A stretch of 32,000 nt of DNA from Desulfocapsa sulfexigens DSM 10523 (GCF_000341395.1 NC_020304.1:1890001-1922000), one strand, 5' to 3'; counted from the first letter of the stretch, positions 1-9,553 are shown. Program-made: numbers and translations. Notes: generated by a model from the letters alone, not told the origin.

Positions 1-147
1 TTAAAAGTATATGAAGTAGGGAAATATTGTGAAATTGGAGATTTTGTGATTAAATTTGGTGATCCTGTTTCTATTGATGGTCGTAGCGGTCAGGTGCTGA
101 GCGGAATACATGAAACCCGTGAGGAAATGCATATCCTGCCAATTTAA
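1..147 (+). CDS. 3' end of an unidentified protein-coding gene truncated by the window edge (...LKVYEVGKYCEIGDFVIKFGDPVSIDGRSGQVLSGIHETREEMHILPI*)
   Basis: Open frame 1 from base 1 to TAA at 145-147; not in the supplied ORF track because the start lies outside the window. Confidence 0.45.
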   Translation, partial: LKVYEVGKYCEIGDFVIKFGDPVSIDGRSGQVLSGIHETREEMHILPI

Positions 148-181
148 GCTTTTTAAATTTTTGTAAAATAGGGAGAATGGA

Positions 182-409
182 ATGGCAAAAAAAGCAAAGA
201 CAACAACACTGTTGAAGGGGCCAGCATTGTCCGCCTATGCCAGAAAGAAGGCCGCCGGACTTGGGCTTGATGGTAAAGGTTTGAAGCTTGCTGATCTTGT
301 GTGGGCGATTCAGGAGAAGGAAGGTAACACAGCCTGTTTTAAAAAAGAAGAAACCTGTAACCAGACAGGATGCTGCTGGCAGCTTTCGTGTGGTGCAAAA
401 ATGGGTTGA
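182..409 (+). CDS. Small SAP/Rho-N-like helical protein with cysteine-rich C-terminal tail
   Basis: 75 aa; basic N-terminus, LKLADLVWAIQEKEGN resembles the second half of a SAP/Rho-N motif, followed by CF-x5-C-x4-CCW-x3-C. Confidence 0.6.
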   Translation: MAKKAKTTTLLKGPALSAYARKKAAGLGLDGKGLKLADLVWAIQEKEGNTACFKKEETCNQTGCCWQLSCGAKMG

Positions 410-521
410 TCAGAAGGCAGATTTTATTTTGTATTAAAAAAAACTGCATATTACTCCTCTTTCTATCTGATCTGCTCCATGCTCTGTTTTATGGCAACAT
501 GGAGCAGTTTTTTTTCGTTAT

Positions 522-743
522 TTATTTATGGCGACATACAGGCACGCCAAGTGCCTTTAAAATCAGCCCTAATGGGCAGAATTTGGTGAATCCAAACTGA
601 AATAAGTTTAGGCCCACAAAGGCAGTTCCAAACAGCCAGTATTTGTGCATGAACAATGGATTACTGCCACAGTCGACACCAAGTGCCATTGTCAGTAGAA
701 TGAAAAATCCAGCTATGGTGTGAATCCAGTCAGTTACTATCAT
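522..743 (-). CDS. YgaP-like / DUF2892 small inner-membrane protein
   Basis: 73 aa with two hydrophobic segments and terminal FTKFCPLGLILKALGVPVC, resembling the FCPL...LGV signature of DUF2892 proteins. Confidence 0.65.
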   Translation of the reverse strand: MIVTDWIHTIAGFFILLTMALGVDCGSNPLFMHKYWLFGTAFVGLNLFQFGFTKFCPLGLILKALGVPVCRHK

Positions 744-837
744 AATGTTTGCCTCATAAAGAATTTATGCTGAGAATGGATATTATTTAAGGAAACCATA
801 ATATAGCTTTGGATATTTGTCCAGCCCGGAAACTTAG

Positions 838-1926
838 TTATGAGAGTTTATGTCTCCTACGCTGACCTGTGCTGCTTTTTTTTATCCGGAAGAAATTGAA
901 TGCTACGCAGAGCAGAATACCACCCCCCACTCCTAGAAAGAATTTTCCCCAGCCTGAGTCGTCCGTTGCGTCAGTTTTTTCCTGAAGCTGTTCTGTAGGT
1001 ACAGGGTCGGCCTTGCCGGTGGAGGGTGGCAAGGTATCTTGAACAACGGGTTCTGGAACAGTCGTTGTTGTTTCCGGTCTCGGTTCAATTTTTGCGAAGG
1101 CATTATTGAGGAGTGCTGTGGCTTGGGCATCTCTAACTTTTCGATCCTTGCTTCCCATAACAACGGCAATAAGACGAACTCCATTTCGTTTTGCCGTGGC
1201 AGCGATGGAGAAGCCAGCCTTGGTGAAGTACCCCGTTTTAAAGCCGTCACAACCGTCAAGCGTTTCGAGGAGATGGTTGTGGGTGCGCATGATAAATTCA
1301 CCGCCACGAAAGTCTCTCACTCTTGTTCCTGTATATTGAAAAACTTGTGACCGTTTACTTAATGCCTGGCAGAGGGTGGCAAAATCTCTTGCCGTTGTGA
1401 CATCAACCTCCTGGCCTTTTGCCGGTGGTAAACCGTGTACGGAGTGGAATGTGGTACTGTTCATACCCAACTCCCTGGCCTTCTCATTCATTAAAACAAT
1501 GAAGGCCTCTTTGGATCCAGCAACATGGCTGGCCAGGGCAACTGCTGCATCATTGGCCGATTGAATCATCAGAGCGTAGAGTAGTTCTTCCAGGGGAAAC
1601 TGCTCTTTGGAGTCAAGATATACCTGTGAACCACCCATTTTCGCTGCTTCCACTGTTACTGGAACTATCTCGTCCAGCTGCAGCGTTCCCGCTTCGATCT
1701 GATCAAGAATAACAAGAAGAACCATCAGTTTCAGGGTACTTGCAGGATATACTGCGACGTCTGCATTCCTGGAAAAAAGAACCTCACCATTATCTGCGTC
1801 AATTACAACGGCAGATGCATAGGGTTCGGCAGCCACAGTCTTAATCGCAGCACGTCCTGCCCATGATGTTTGACTGGTAAGAACAAAAATAAATGTACTG
1901 AGGATGATGTAGTTTTTTATTTGCAT
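838..1926 (-). CDS. Serine-type D-alanyl-D-alanine carboxypeptidase (penicillin-binding protein 5/6 family)
   Basis: SxxK (ASTLKLM), SxN (QSANDAA) and KTG (GFKTGYF) motifs; likely start MQIKNYIILSTFIFVL (signal peptide) at 1926 rather than the ORF-track start at 2067; C-terminal TM segment. Confidence 0.92.
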   Translation of the reverse strand: MQIKNYIILSTFIFVLTSQTSWAGRAAIKTVAAEPYASAVVIDADNGEVLFSRNADVAVYPASTLKLMVLLVILDQIEAGTLQLDEIVPVTVEAAKMGGSQVYLDSKEQFPLEELLYALMIQSANDAAVALASHVAGSKEAFIVLMNEKARELGMNSTTFHSVHGLPPAKGQEVDVTTARDFATLCQALSKRSQVFQYTGTRVRDFRGGEFIMRTHNHLLETLDGCDGFKTGYFTKAGFSIAATAKRNGVRLIAVVMGSKDRKVRDAQATALLNNAFAKIEPRPETTTTVPEPVVQDTLPPSTGKADPVPTEQLQEKTDATDDSGWGKFFLGVGGGILLCVAFNFFRIKKSSTGQRRRHKLS

Positions 1927-2005
1927 GATTTTAATAGGTTGTTTTTGGATAATCTGATATCTGTACTGGGTTTGAAAAGTTTTAATCAATGCTTCATTGA
2001 TGTGA

Positions 2006-2608
2006 TTACTTGCATTCGGGCCATCCGAATCCCCACCTCCAGGGAAGATCGGTGCATGGCATGCCACCGATACGGACTGCCCCGTACATTATGTTGGCAA
2101 TACCTGCATAGATTTGTTTCAGTTCTGTTTCGGAAATAGTATACGCTTTTGTCAGAGCTGCGCTGCGTTTGTCGCCCGTTTCAATAACGCAGGCTTTTAA
2201 ATCAAGATCTGCCTTTCTCCGTGCCTCAAAGCTTAATACAGCCGTGTCTGTTTTTGCTCCACCTGTGTGATATGCCAGATCGTGGATTTCGCAACATACC
2301 TGCCAGGGGGGGGTGTTTCCGTGGGTCTTCTCGAAACCAGGTACCCTGTCTGCCAAGTATTCCCAGCCGACGCTCAGCCCACCGCTGCAGCCATCGCTTA
2401 CAAATTTTGTAAGGCTGGCATTAGGATTATTTTTGGCAAGGAGTAACTTCTCCTGGAGTATTAATTCCAGATGGCGTTCCAGAGTGTCGACATCGGCCTG
2501 CAAAGAAGATACGGATTCTGTGCTCGTGTCTCGTGATGTGATTAGAATAAACAGTACTGCTAGTATGGCAAGTATCGCCAATGTTAGTTTTATCTTTGAA
2601 TGTTTCAT
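2006..2608 (-). CDS. Membrane-anchored phospholipase A2-like protein
   Basis: Likely start at 2608 (MKHSKIKLTLAILAILAVLFILIT signal anchor; ORF track extends to 2854). DGCSGG (2378-2395) and CCEIHDLAYH (2267-2296) resemble the Ca-loop and C-x-x-HD active-site region of PLA2-fold proteins, followed by RRKADLDLKAC. Confidence 0.6.
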   Translation of the reverse strand: MKHSKIKLTLAILAILAVLFILITSRDTSTESVSSLQADVDTLERHLELILQEKLLLAKNNPNASLTKFVSDGCSGGLSVGWEYLADRVPGFEKTHGNTPPWQVCCEIHDLAYHTGGAKTDTAVLSFEARRKADLDLKACVIETGDKRSAALTKAYTISETELKQIYAGIANIMYGAVRIGGMPCTDLPWRWGFGWPECK

Positions 2609-3080
2609 AGGGCTTGGTTGCGGTGGATGTTTTGTGGAATCGTTAAAAGCTGAGGCGGATGCAGAAATAAGATTCCATTTGCTAACATCTTCCGTGTTAT
2701 ATTTCTTGATCCTGATAGAGTAGGCATAGTATGAACGTTCAGCACCCGTCGCAAGCTTTTGCTTATAGCGTTTTTTGAATTCTACTCTGTAATCATCACT
2801 GGATGAAGCGAAATAATTGTGCAGGACCTGTTGCCTGTCTCGAATAAGTGTCAAGTTGTGTCATAAATTGGAGGTGGGTAGAAGGGAGGTATTTTGATAA
2901 CTGTGTCTGGCACGACCGATTTATCACCAGAGCCACTCCATGTTTTTGTATGTTAAAATTATTGACAGGTGAGAAAGTGTTAGAAGAAACTGCAAAGGAA
3001 GAATGGTCTGCAGGAAAGAACCTGCTATGATCCAGGAGTTATTTTGAAAAAAGGTAGAAATAACAGTAAATCCTGTCCTG

Positions 3081-3133
3081 AAAAAAAGAAATCCGGCGAA
3101 TAGGGAAAGGGATGAGACTTTCCCGATTCGCCG
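3081..3133 (-). terminator. Rho-independent terminator downstream of the ArsR-like gene
   Basis: Stem CGGCGAATaGGGAAAG (3094-3109) / CTTTCCCgATTCGCCG (3118-3133) with 8-nt loop; left flank AAAAAAAGAAATC reads as GATTTCTTTTTTT on the minus strand. Confidence 0.8.
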
Positions 3134-3145
3134 TGCCTCTCTCTT

Positions 3146-3436
3146 TTATTTCATACTAGGACAGAACAGCGCCTGCATTTTACCCATCAATTCAATAATT
3201 CTTGGATCCTGAATACGGTTATATATGAAGTTAGCATCCTTGCGATAATCGATGATCCCCTGACTGCGAAGGATGTTCAAGTGTTGGGAAACATTAGCAT
3301 TGGTTGTTTTTACTTCTTCTCTGATATCACCAACGGACATTTCATTATCCTGTAGCAGGCAGAGAATTTTCAAGCGTATGGGGTGGGACATGGATTTCAG
3401 GAGTTTGGACATGGCATCAATTTGTTCGTTTTCCAT
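3146..3436 (-). CDS. ArsR-family winged-helix transcriptional regulator
   Basis: 96 aa; LLKSMSHPIRLKILCLLQDNEMSVGDIREEVKTTNANVSQHLNILRSQGIIDYRKDANFIYNRI is a typical ArsR HTH core. Confidence 0.88.
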   Translation of the reverse strand: MENEQIDAMSKLLKSMSHPIRLKILCLLQDNEMSVGDIREEVKTTNANVSQHLNILRSQGIIDYRKDANFIYNRIQDPRIIELMGKMQALFCPSMK

Positions 3437-3465
3437 GGATTACCTCGCGTCAAGTAAAGACTGCA

Positions 3466-3945
3466 TTATTGTGTGTGGAAGTGTAGTTGTTCTTTCTTCG
3501 GAAAGAGAAACAGGTAGAGTGCTCCTGATAATACGGCCATACATGCATACATGTACATATCTGGAACAATCCTGTTTTCCTGACGAAAAAGGGCTAAAAT
3601 TGAAAGCAACGGCAGTAGCTGGTACGCCAGACGATGACTGAGCAGTAGCTCTCTAATAATGTAAACATGAATGATTGGTGCGATAAAGCCGAGTAACAAT
3701 GAAAAAGCCGAATTTCCATGAAGATAGACAAAAAGAGCTTGTTTGATGGTTAAGAGCGTGAGGAGGATAACCAGAAACAGGGTTATGACGAATGTTTTCT
3801 TTTTACGATCACCACGAGGCAGGTTGTTCAATTGGTTTATCAGCTCGTTTCTGTTACTGTCGGTAACGAGTTGCTTGTAAATTACCTCTTTGCTCTGGCC
3901 TTGCTGAAGTAAAATTTTTATTTGTTTTTCTAAAGTATGGCGCAT
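3466..3945 (-). CDS. Uncharacterised small integral membrane protein, likely cotranscribed with the ArsR regulator
   Basis: 159 aa; soluble N-terminal ~48 aa then roughly four hydrophobic segments; 29 bp upstream of the ArsR start on the same strand. Confidence 0.6.
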   Translation of the reverse strand: MRHTLEKQIKILLQQGQSKEVIYKQLVTDSNRNELINQLNNLPRGDRKKKTFVITLFLVILLTLLTIKQALFVYLHGNSAFSLLLGFIAPIIHVYIIRELLLSHRLAYQLLPLLSILALFRQENRIVPDMYMYACMAVLSGALYLFLFPKKEQLHFHTQ

Positions 3946-4343
3946 TTTGAAGTGATATCAGCTGAGAAGCCTATTGTATTACAGGTGTTTGCTAAAGAAA
4001 TCCTAACATTCTGAAAAAGTTAGCCTATGAATACTGGTTTTCCCGGAGAAAGAAAAGAAAAAAAATGAATTCTAACATAACTAAAACTGATACCAGCGAT
4101 TTTTTTTTTTATTTGACAGAAGGCTGGTAAAATGGAATATGGTAGGGCCTCTTGGAATGTTACAACCTTAATTTTGTATGATGGAAAATAGAGAGCTAAG
4201 TTGCTGAATAGTATCTTGTTATCAGTATTACTGATTGGTCTGCTATTCGTTGATTTGGCAAAACGACTAAGGACTCACCCCGAAACGAACTATCAATTTG
4301 CAGTTTGTTTTTTAGGTGAGCTCTGTAAACGGAGATTATTTTT

Positions 4344-6335
4344 ATGAGTTCAACTGACGATAAAATCACAAGCCTGTTAAGCGAAGGAAGAGTTTTCGAG
4401 CCACCAGTCGAAGGGAGAGAGGCTGCTGCCATTGGAAGCCTTGAAGAATACAAAGCGATCTACAAGCGATCCATAGAAGATCCTGAAGGATACTGGGCAG
4501 AACGTGCCGAAGAGCTTGTGACTTGGGACAAGAAATGGGATACCGTGCTTGAAGCCGATTTCGACAAACCTGAGTTTAGTTGGTTTAAGGGTGGAAAGAT
4601 GAACGTATCTTACAACTGCCTTGATCGTCATCTTGAAAATGGCCGCCGTAATAAGGCTGCTATTATCTGGCAGGGTGAACCTGAGGAAGATGTTAAGGTG
4701 TACACCTATCAGATGCTGCATACAGAAGTGTGTCGTTTTGCAAATGTTCTGAAGAAAAAGGGCGTGAAAAAGGGAGATCGGGTTTCCATCTATCTTCCCA
4801 TGATTCCCGAGCTGTCCATTGCACTTCTTGCCTGTGCCCGAATCGGTGCCATGCACTCCGTCGTCTTTGCCGGTTTTTCTTCGGTTGCTCTGCAGAGTCG
4901 TATTCAGGATTGTGAAGCCAAGGTTCTGGTTACTGCTGATGCGGTAATTCGTGCCGGAAAAACCATTCCACTCAAGCCGAATGCCGATGAGGCCTTGAGC
5001 GAATGTGATACCGTTAAAAACTGTATTGTTGTGAAACGTGGCGGCAATGAAGTTTCCATGACAGAAGGACGTGACACCTGGTGGCACGATGAGGTTACAG
5101 CAGATGATATTGCCTCAACCTGTGAGCCTGAGTCCATGGATGCCGAGGATATCCTCTTCATTCTGTATACTTCTGGTTCCACGGGTAAGCCAAAGGGGGT
5201 TGTACACACCACAGGGGGCTATCTTACTTACGCCATGCATACCTGTCAGTATGTCTTTGATTTGAAAGATAATGATGTTTACTGGTGTACTGCTGATATC
5301 GGCTGGGTTACCGGTCATTCCTATATCCTTTACGGGCCTCTTGGACTTGGTGCTACTTCCGTTATGTTTGAAGGCGTTCCAACCTATCCCGGCCCGGATC
5401 GTTTTTGGAAGATTGTTGAAAAATTTCAGGTAAATATTTTCTACACAGCCCCCACCGTTATTCGTGCCCTCATGCGTGATGGTGACGGACCTACCCAGCG
5501 CTATGATCTCTCAAGCCTCCGTATCCTAGGTTCAGTTGGTGAGCCCATCAATCCAGAAGCCTGGATGTGGTACCATGTAAATATCGGTAAAGAGAAGCTG
5601 CCCATCGTTGATACCTGGTGGCAGACAGAGACCGGTGGCATCATGATTTCACCACTGCCCTATGCAACACCAACCAAACCCGGTTCAGCAAGTCTGCCCC
5701 TTCCCGGAATTGATGTGGCTATTTACACCGAAGAAGGAGGAGAAGCCAGCCCCAACGAAGGTGGTCACCTTGTTGTTCGTAAACCCTGGCCTGGAATGCT
5801 TCGTGGTGTATTTGGTGATCCTGCACGGTACAAAAAAGCCTATTTCAGTCGTTATAAGGATACCTACGATCCTGAAGATGGAGCGCGTAAGGATGATGAC
5901 GGCTATTTCTGGATCATGGGACGTCTTGACGATGTTGTAAATGTTTCCGGTCATCGTTTGGGTACTGCAGAAATTGAGTCTGCCCTTGTCTCTCATCCAC
6001 AGATTGCAGAGGCTGCTGTAGTTGGCATGCCCCATCCGATTAAGGGACAAGCCGTCTACGCATTTGTTACTCCAAACACCGGTGTTGAGCAATCTCCTGA
6101 GTTGCTTGCGGAATTGCGGACTCATGTACGAAAAGAGATTGGGCCAATTGCTACCCCGGATGCGATCCAGTATGCCCCAGGTCTGCCAAAGACCAGAAGT
6201 GGTAAAATCATGCGTCGTGTCCTGCGTAAGATTGCAGCAAATGACTTTAAGGATTTTGGAGACACCTCAACCCTTGCCGATCCTTCAGTTGTTGATGATC
6301 TGATTAATGGTAAGAAAGCATTGGATAAAAAATAA
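4344..6335 (+). CDS. acs: Acetyl-coenzyme A synthetase
   Basis: 663 aa; [60 protein letters not shown], and [14 protein letters not shown] motifs. Confidence 0.96.
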   Translation: MSSTDDKITSLLSEGRVFEPPVEGREAAAIGSLEEYKAIYKRSIEDPEGYWAERAEELVTWDKKWDTVLEADFDKPEFSWFKGGKMNVSYNCLDRHLENGRRNKAAIIWQGEPEEDVKVYTYQMLHTEVCRFANVLKKKGVKKGDRVSIYLPMIPELSIALLACARIGAMHSVVFAGFSSVALQSRIQDCEAKVLVTADAVIRAGKTIPLKPNADEALSECDTVKNCIVVKRGGNEVSMTEGRDTWWHDEVTADDIASTCEPESMDAEDILFILYTSGSTGKPKGVVHTTGGYLTYAMHTCQYVFDLKDNDVYWCTADIGWVTGHSYILYGPLGLGATSVMFEGVPTYPGPDRFWKIVEKFQVNIFYTAPTVIRALMRDGDGPTQRYDLSSLRILGSVGEPINPEAWMWYHVNIGKEKLPIVDTWWQTETGGIMISPLPYATPTKPGSASLPLPGIDVAIYTEEGGEASPNEGGHLVVRKPWPGMLRGVFGDPARYKKAYFSRYKDTYDPEDGARKDDDGYFWIMGRLDDVVNVSGHRLGTAEIESALVSHPQIAEAAVVGMPHPIKGQAVYAFVTPNTGVEQSPELLAELRTHVRKEIGPIATPDAIQYAPGLPKTRSGKIMRRVLRKIAANDFKDFGDTSTLADPSVVDDLINGKKALDKK

Positions 6336-6409
6336 CACTTTGTTTATTTTCATAAGTACTGCAATTCAAAAGAAGGAATTTCCAGATTTGGGGATTTTTA
6401 TGTGAAGTG

Positions 6410-6448
6410 AAAAGCGGGGTTTTCTGTTGAAGAAAATCCCGCTTTTTT
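6410..6448 (+). terminator. Rho-independent terminator downstream of acs
   Basis: AAAAGCGGGGTTTTC ... GAAAATCCCGCTTTTTT hairpin with T-run. Confidence 0.8.
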
Positions 6449-6477
6449 GTTTGTCAGGAGTGGTCGCGGGAGAAACC

Positions 6478-8406
6478 ATGGCACCAAGTGATGATGTTCA
6501 TAACGTAGCGCCTGAAATGGCAATAGCCTTTTTCAGGAGTATTCTGCCATTTAACAGCCTTGATGATGCTACGCTCAACGACCTTGCTCACCATTGCCGT
6601 GTTGATTTCTACCCCAAGGGAACCCGTATCCTGAAACAGGGTGAAACTGATATTACTCATTTGTACCTTATTCAGCGTGGTGGCGTGAAGGCCTTTATCG
6701 AAGATGATCAGGGGGATGTGACCCTTAAGGATTTTCGTGGGGTTGGCGCCTATATCGGTGCACTGGGAATTATTCGTGGAACTCCTGCAAACCTGAACAT
6801 TGAGACAGTGGAGGACACCTTCTGTTTTCTGCTGCCCCGGGAGATTTTCCTAAGGCTTGTTGAGCAGGAGCCTTCTTTTGCTCATTATTATTTGAAAAGT
6901 TTTTCTGAAAAGATCGTCACCACTGCCTACAATGAGCTTCGCCACCATAAGGTTTCGAATCGTAGTGGTGATGATCTCTATCTTTTTTCGGTACGGGTTG
7001 GTGATCTGGTAAAAACGCTGCGCAAGGTTTCCAGTGGAAGTTCAATTCAGGAGGCAGCGGCCAGTATGGCTGAACACCGTGTTGGTAGTCTTCTTGTATA
7101 TGATCCCGCCGATGAAGAGAATATCGTTGGTATTATAACCGATCGTGACCTTCGGAGTAAGGTGGTCGCCGCAGGACTGGACTACAATCTCCCTGTGGAA
7201 AATATCATGACGGGGCCAGTACAGACGGTGCTTTCCCAGTCGCTTTGTTTTGATGTCCTGCTGAAAATGATGACAACATCCATTCATCACCTGGCAGTGG
7301 AGCGTGGTGGTCGTGTTATTGGCGTGGTGACTTCCCATGATATTATGTTGCTTCAGGGCCATTCGCCCTATTATTTATTTAAAGAGATACGTGGGCAGCA
7401 GCAAATCAGTGGCCTGTATGTTCTGGCTCAGAAGATTCCCGATGTTATTCGCGGTCTGATTAAAGAGGGGGCCAAGGCCGGCAATATTACCCAGATGATA
7501 GCGATCTTGAACGATCATATTCTCGAACGTATGTTGACACTTCTTGAAAAGGAATTGGGGCCGCCACCCGTTCCTTACTGCTGGCTGCTTATGGGGAGTG
7601 AAGGCCGACGGGAGCAGACCTTTAAAACAGATCAGGATAATGCCATACTCTATGCCGATCCTGTAAATGATGAGGAGAAGCTTGCGGCCGAAAACTATTT
7701 CAAGGGTTTTGCGGAAAAAGCCATTGGCCATCTGGTCAACTGCGGATATCCGCTATGTCCAGGTTTTATAATGGCCACCAACCCCAGATGGTGTCAGCCG
7801 CTCTCTGTGTGGAAGGACTATTTCAGTAAATGGATAGATGCGCCGGATCCTGCTGAACTTCTGAATGCCACTATCTTTTTTGATTTTCGTTCAGGTTTTG
7901 GTGATTCTTCCCTGGCAAGGGATCTGCGGAATCATCTCAATGCCAAGGCCAAAGAGAAGGATATATTTCTTTTTCACCTGGCCCGGCAGTGCATGGCCAC
8001 ACGTGTGCCGCTTTCCTTTTTCAAAAACTTTATTGTGAATAAGGATGGGGAACACAAGAATCGTCTTGACATTAAAGGACAGGGACTGACTCCATTTGTG
8101 AACTTTGCGCGTGTTCTTGCCCTGAAAAATGGTATCAGTGAAACCAATACCCTTGCCCGCCTCAAAGCTCTCTATGATGCGGATTTCATTAATCGAGAAA
8201 TCTGGTCGTCTGCCAATGATGCGTACGAACTGCAGATGCAGCAGCGTTTAATTCATCAGCTGTCGCAGATTGAAGAGGGTGTCCTGCCAGATAATCATAT
8301 CAATCCTGAACAGTTATCTGATCTTGATAAGCGGATGTTGAAGGATGCTTTTACCATTATTGAAAGGCTTTACTCCGTGCTTGATAAAATGTACCCGGTT
8401 GCCTGA
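6478..8406 (+). CDS. Cyclic-nucleotide-binding + CBS-pair + DUF294 GlnD-like nucleotidyltransferase protein
   Basis: cNMP-like barrel (FYPKGTRILKQGETDITHLYLIQRG), two CBS repeats (HRVGSLLVYDPADEENIVGIITDRDL; HHLAVERGGRVIGVVTSHDI), and MGSEGRREQTFKTDQDNAI nucleotidyltransferase motif. ATG at 6478 preferred: the TTG at 6427 lies inside the terminator. Confidence 0.88.
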   Translation: MAPSDDVHNVAPEMAIAFFRSILPFNSLDDATLNDLAHHCRVDFYPKGTRILKQGETDITHLYLIQRGGVKAFIEDDQGDVTLKDFRGVGAYIGALGIIRGTPANLNIETVEDTFCFLLPREIFLRLVEQEPSFAHYYLKSFSEKIVTTAYNELRHHKVSNRSGDDLYLFSVRVGDLVKTLRKVSSGSSIQEAAASMAEHRVGSLLVYDPADEENIVGIITDRDLRSKVVAAGLDYNLPVENIMTGPVQTVLSQSLCFDVLLKMMTTSIHHLAVERGGRVIGVVTSHDIMLLQGHSPYYLFKEIRGQQQISGLYVLAQKIPDVIRGLIKEGAKAGNITQMIAILNDHILERMLTLLEKELGPPPVPYCWLLMGSEGRREQTFKTDQDNAILYADPVNDEEKLAAENYFKGFAEKAIGHLVNCGYPLCPGFIMATNPRWCQPLSVWKDYFSKWIDAPDPAELLNATIFFDFRSGFGDSSLARDLRNHLNAKAKEKDIFLFHLARQCMATRVPLSFFKNFIVNKDGEHKNRLDIKGQGLTPFVNFARVLALKNGISETNTLARLKALYDADFINREIWSSANDAYELQMQQRLIHQLSQIEEGVLPDNHINPEQLSDLDKRMLKDAFTIIERLYSVLDKMYPVA

Positions 8407-8408
8407 AA

Positions 8409-9122
8409 ATGTTTGATTTGCTGAATCCCGGCACCTGGTTCCCCAGAGCTGCTCCACAGCTGCGGGCCAACAAAGACTTTTTTGCCAGTTTTGATCAGGG
8501 ACGTCCTTTGAGTGAGTACACCTTTGTGGTGTGCGATACGGAACTCACAGGATTGAATAAAAAGAAAGATGAGCTGATTTCCATTGGTGCTGTTACGATC
8601 AGGGATCTGCAGATTGATCTTTCATCCATGTTTCATAACTTTATAAAACCTGAAAACATGGATCCCACACAGGCAACACTGGTGCATCGCATAACACCGC
8701 AGCAACTTGAGGCAGCTGAACCGATTGATGTCGTACTGCCAAGATTTGTTGAATATATCCAAGGGAGTCTGCTCGTTGGTCATCACCTTCCTCTGGATAT
8801 GCATTTTCTGAATAAGGCAACAGCTCGAGTCATGGGCGGAACACTGTCCAATCCAGGTGTGGATACTATGCGTATGGCTCAGGGGTATAAACGGGTACAG
8901 CTCGGCCACTACCATGAACATAATCCGCGTGAGATAAGTTACAGTCTCGACGATCTTGGCAGGGAGTATAATCTCCCTCAGTTTAAACCCCATGATGCCT
9001 TAGAGGATGCTCTGCAGACCGCCTACCTTTTTCTCTATTTGATAAAGAAATTTCGCAAAGGTGGACTCGTGACCCTAAAGGATATTTTTCAGTCCGGTAG
9101 GGTGGGAAGTTTCCGATATTAG
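8409..9122 (+). CDS. DnaQ-like 3'-5' exonuclease (DEDDh)
   Basis: CDTELTGLNKKKDELISIGAV (ExoI), LVGHHLPLDMHFL (ExoII), HDALEDALQTAYLF (ExoIII); 2 bp after the preceding stop. Confidence 0.85.
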   Translation: MFDLLNPGTWFPRAAPQLRANKDFFASFDQGRPLSEYTFVVCDTELTGLNKKKDELISIGAVTIRDLQIDLSSMFHNFIKPENMDPTQATLVHRITPQQLEAAEPIDVVLPRFVEYIQGSLLVGHHLPLDMHFLNKATARVMGGTLSNPGVDTMRMAQGYKRVQLGHYHEHNPREISYSLDDLGREYNLPQFKPHDALEDALQTAYLFLYLIKKFRKGGLVTLKDIFQSGRVGSFRY

Positions 9123-9197
9123 ATAACAATGTGTTGTGAATAGATTTTAGTTGTGTTTCCTGTAGGGAAAAGCCTTAGGCCCTTTGTCAGTCCATCA

Positions 9198-9227
9198 TTG
9201 ACAGCGATCGGGGGGATATGGTATAAG
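9198..9227 (+). promoter_or_regulatory. Candidate sigma-70-type promoter upstream of the DUF4212/symporter pair
   Basis: TTGACA (9198-9203), ~18 bp spacer, TATAAG (9222-9227). Confidence 0.5.
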
Positions 9228-9284
9228 GCGTCGTTTTGTGAGGAGAAAGGTTCATTACAATTCCAATAAGGAGGAAAGAGAGTT

Positions 9285-9539
9285 ATGAATGATGCTCAGA
9301 AGTATTGGCAGGCGAATATCCGGTTAGTTATCGGATGTCTGATCGTCTGGTTTGCGGTTTCATTTGGTGCGGGTATTCTGTTTGTGCACCAGCTGAATGC
9401 CATCAGGATTTTAGGTGGATATCCACTTGGCTTCTGGTTTGCCCAGCAAGGTTCTATTTATACCTTCATGGTTCTGATCTTTTTTTACGCCTGGCGTATG
9501 AATCAGCTTGATAAAAAATTCCACGTCAGTGAAGCTTAG
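9285..9539 (+). CDS. DUF4212 small subunit of sodium/substrate symporter
   Basis: 84 aa, two TM segments, YWQANIRLVIGCLIVWFAVSFGAGILF ... GFWFAQQGSIYTFMVLIFFYAWRM; directly upstream of an SSS-family transporter. Confidence 0.85.
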   Translation: MNDAQKYWQANIRLVIGCLIVWFAVSFGAGILFVHQLNAIRILGGYPLGFWFAQQGSIYTFMVLIFFYAWRMNQLDKKFHVSEA

Positions 9540-9553
9540 GGAGAGATGAGAGA

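Noticed and set aside
2313-2854. Plus-strand 136-aa ORF (2313-2723) and minus-strand N-terminal extension 2609-2854
   Set aside because: The plus ORF is antisense to the PLA2-like gene. The extension lies upstream of a clear signal-anchor start at 2608, though a functional longer form is not fully excluded.
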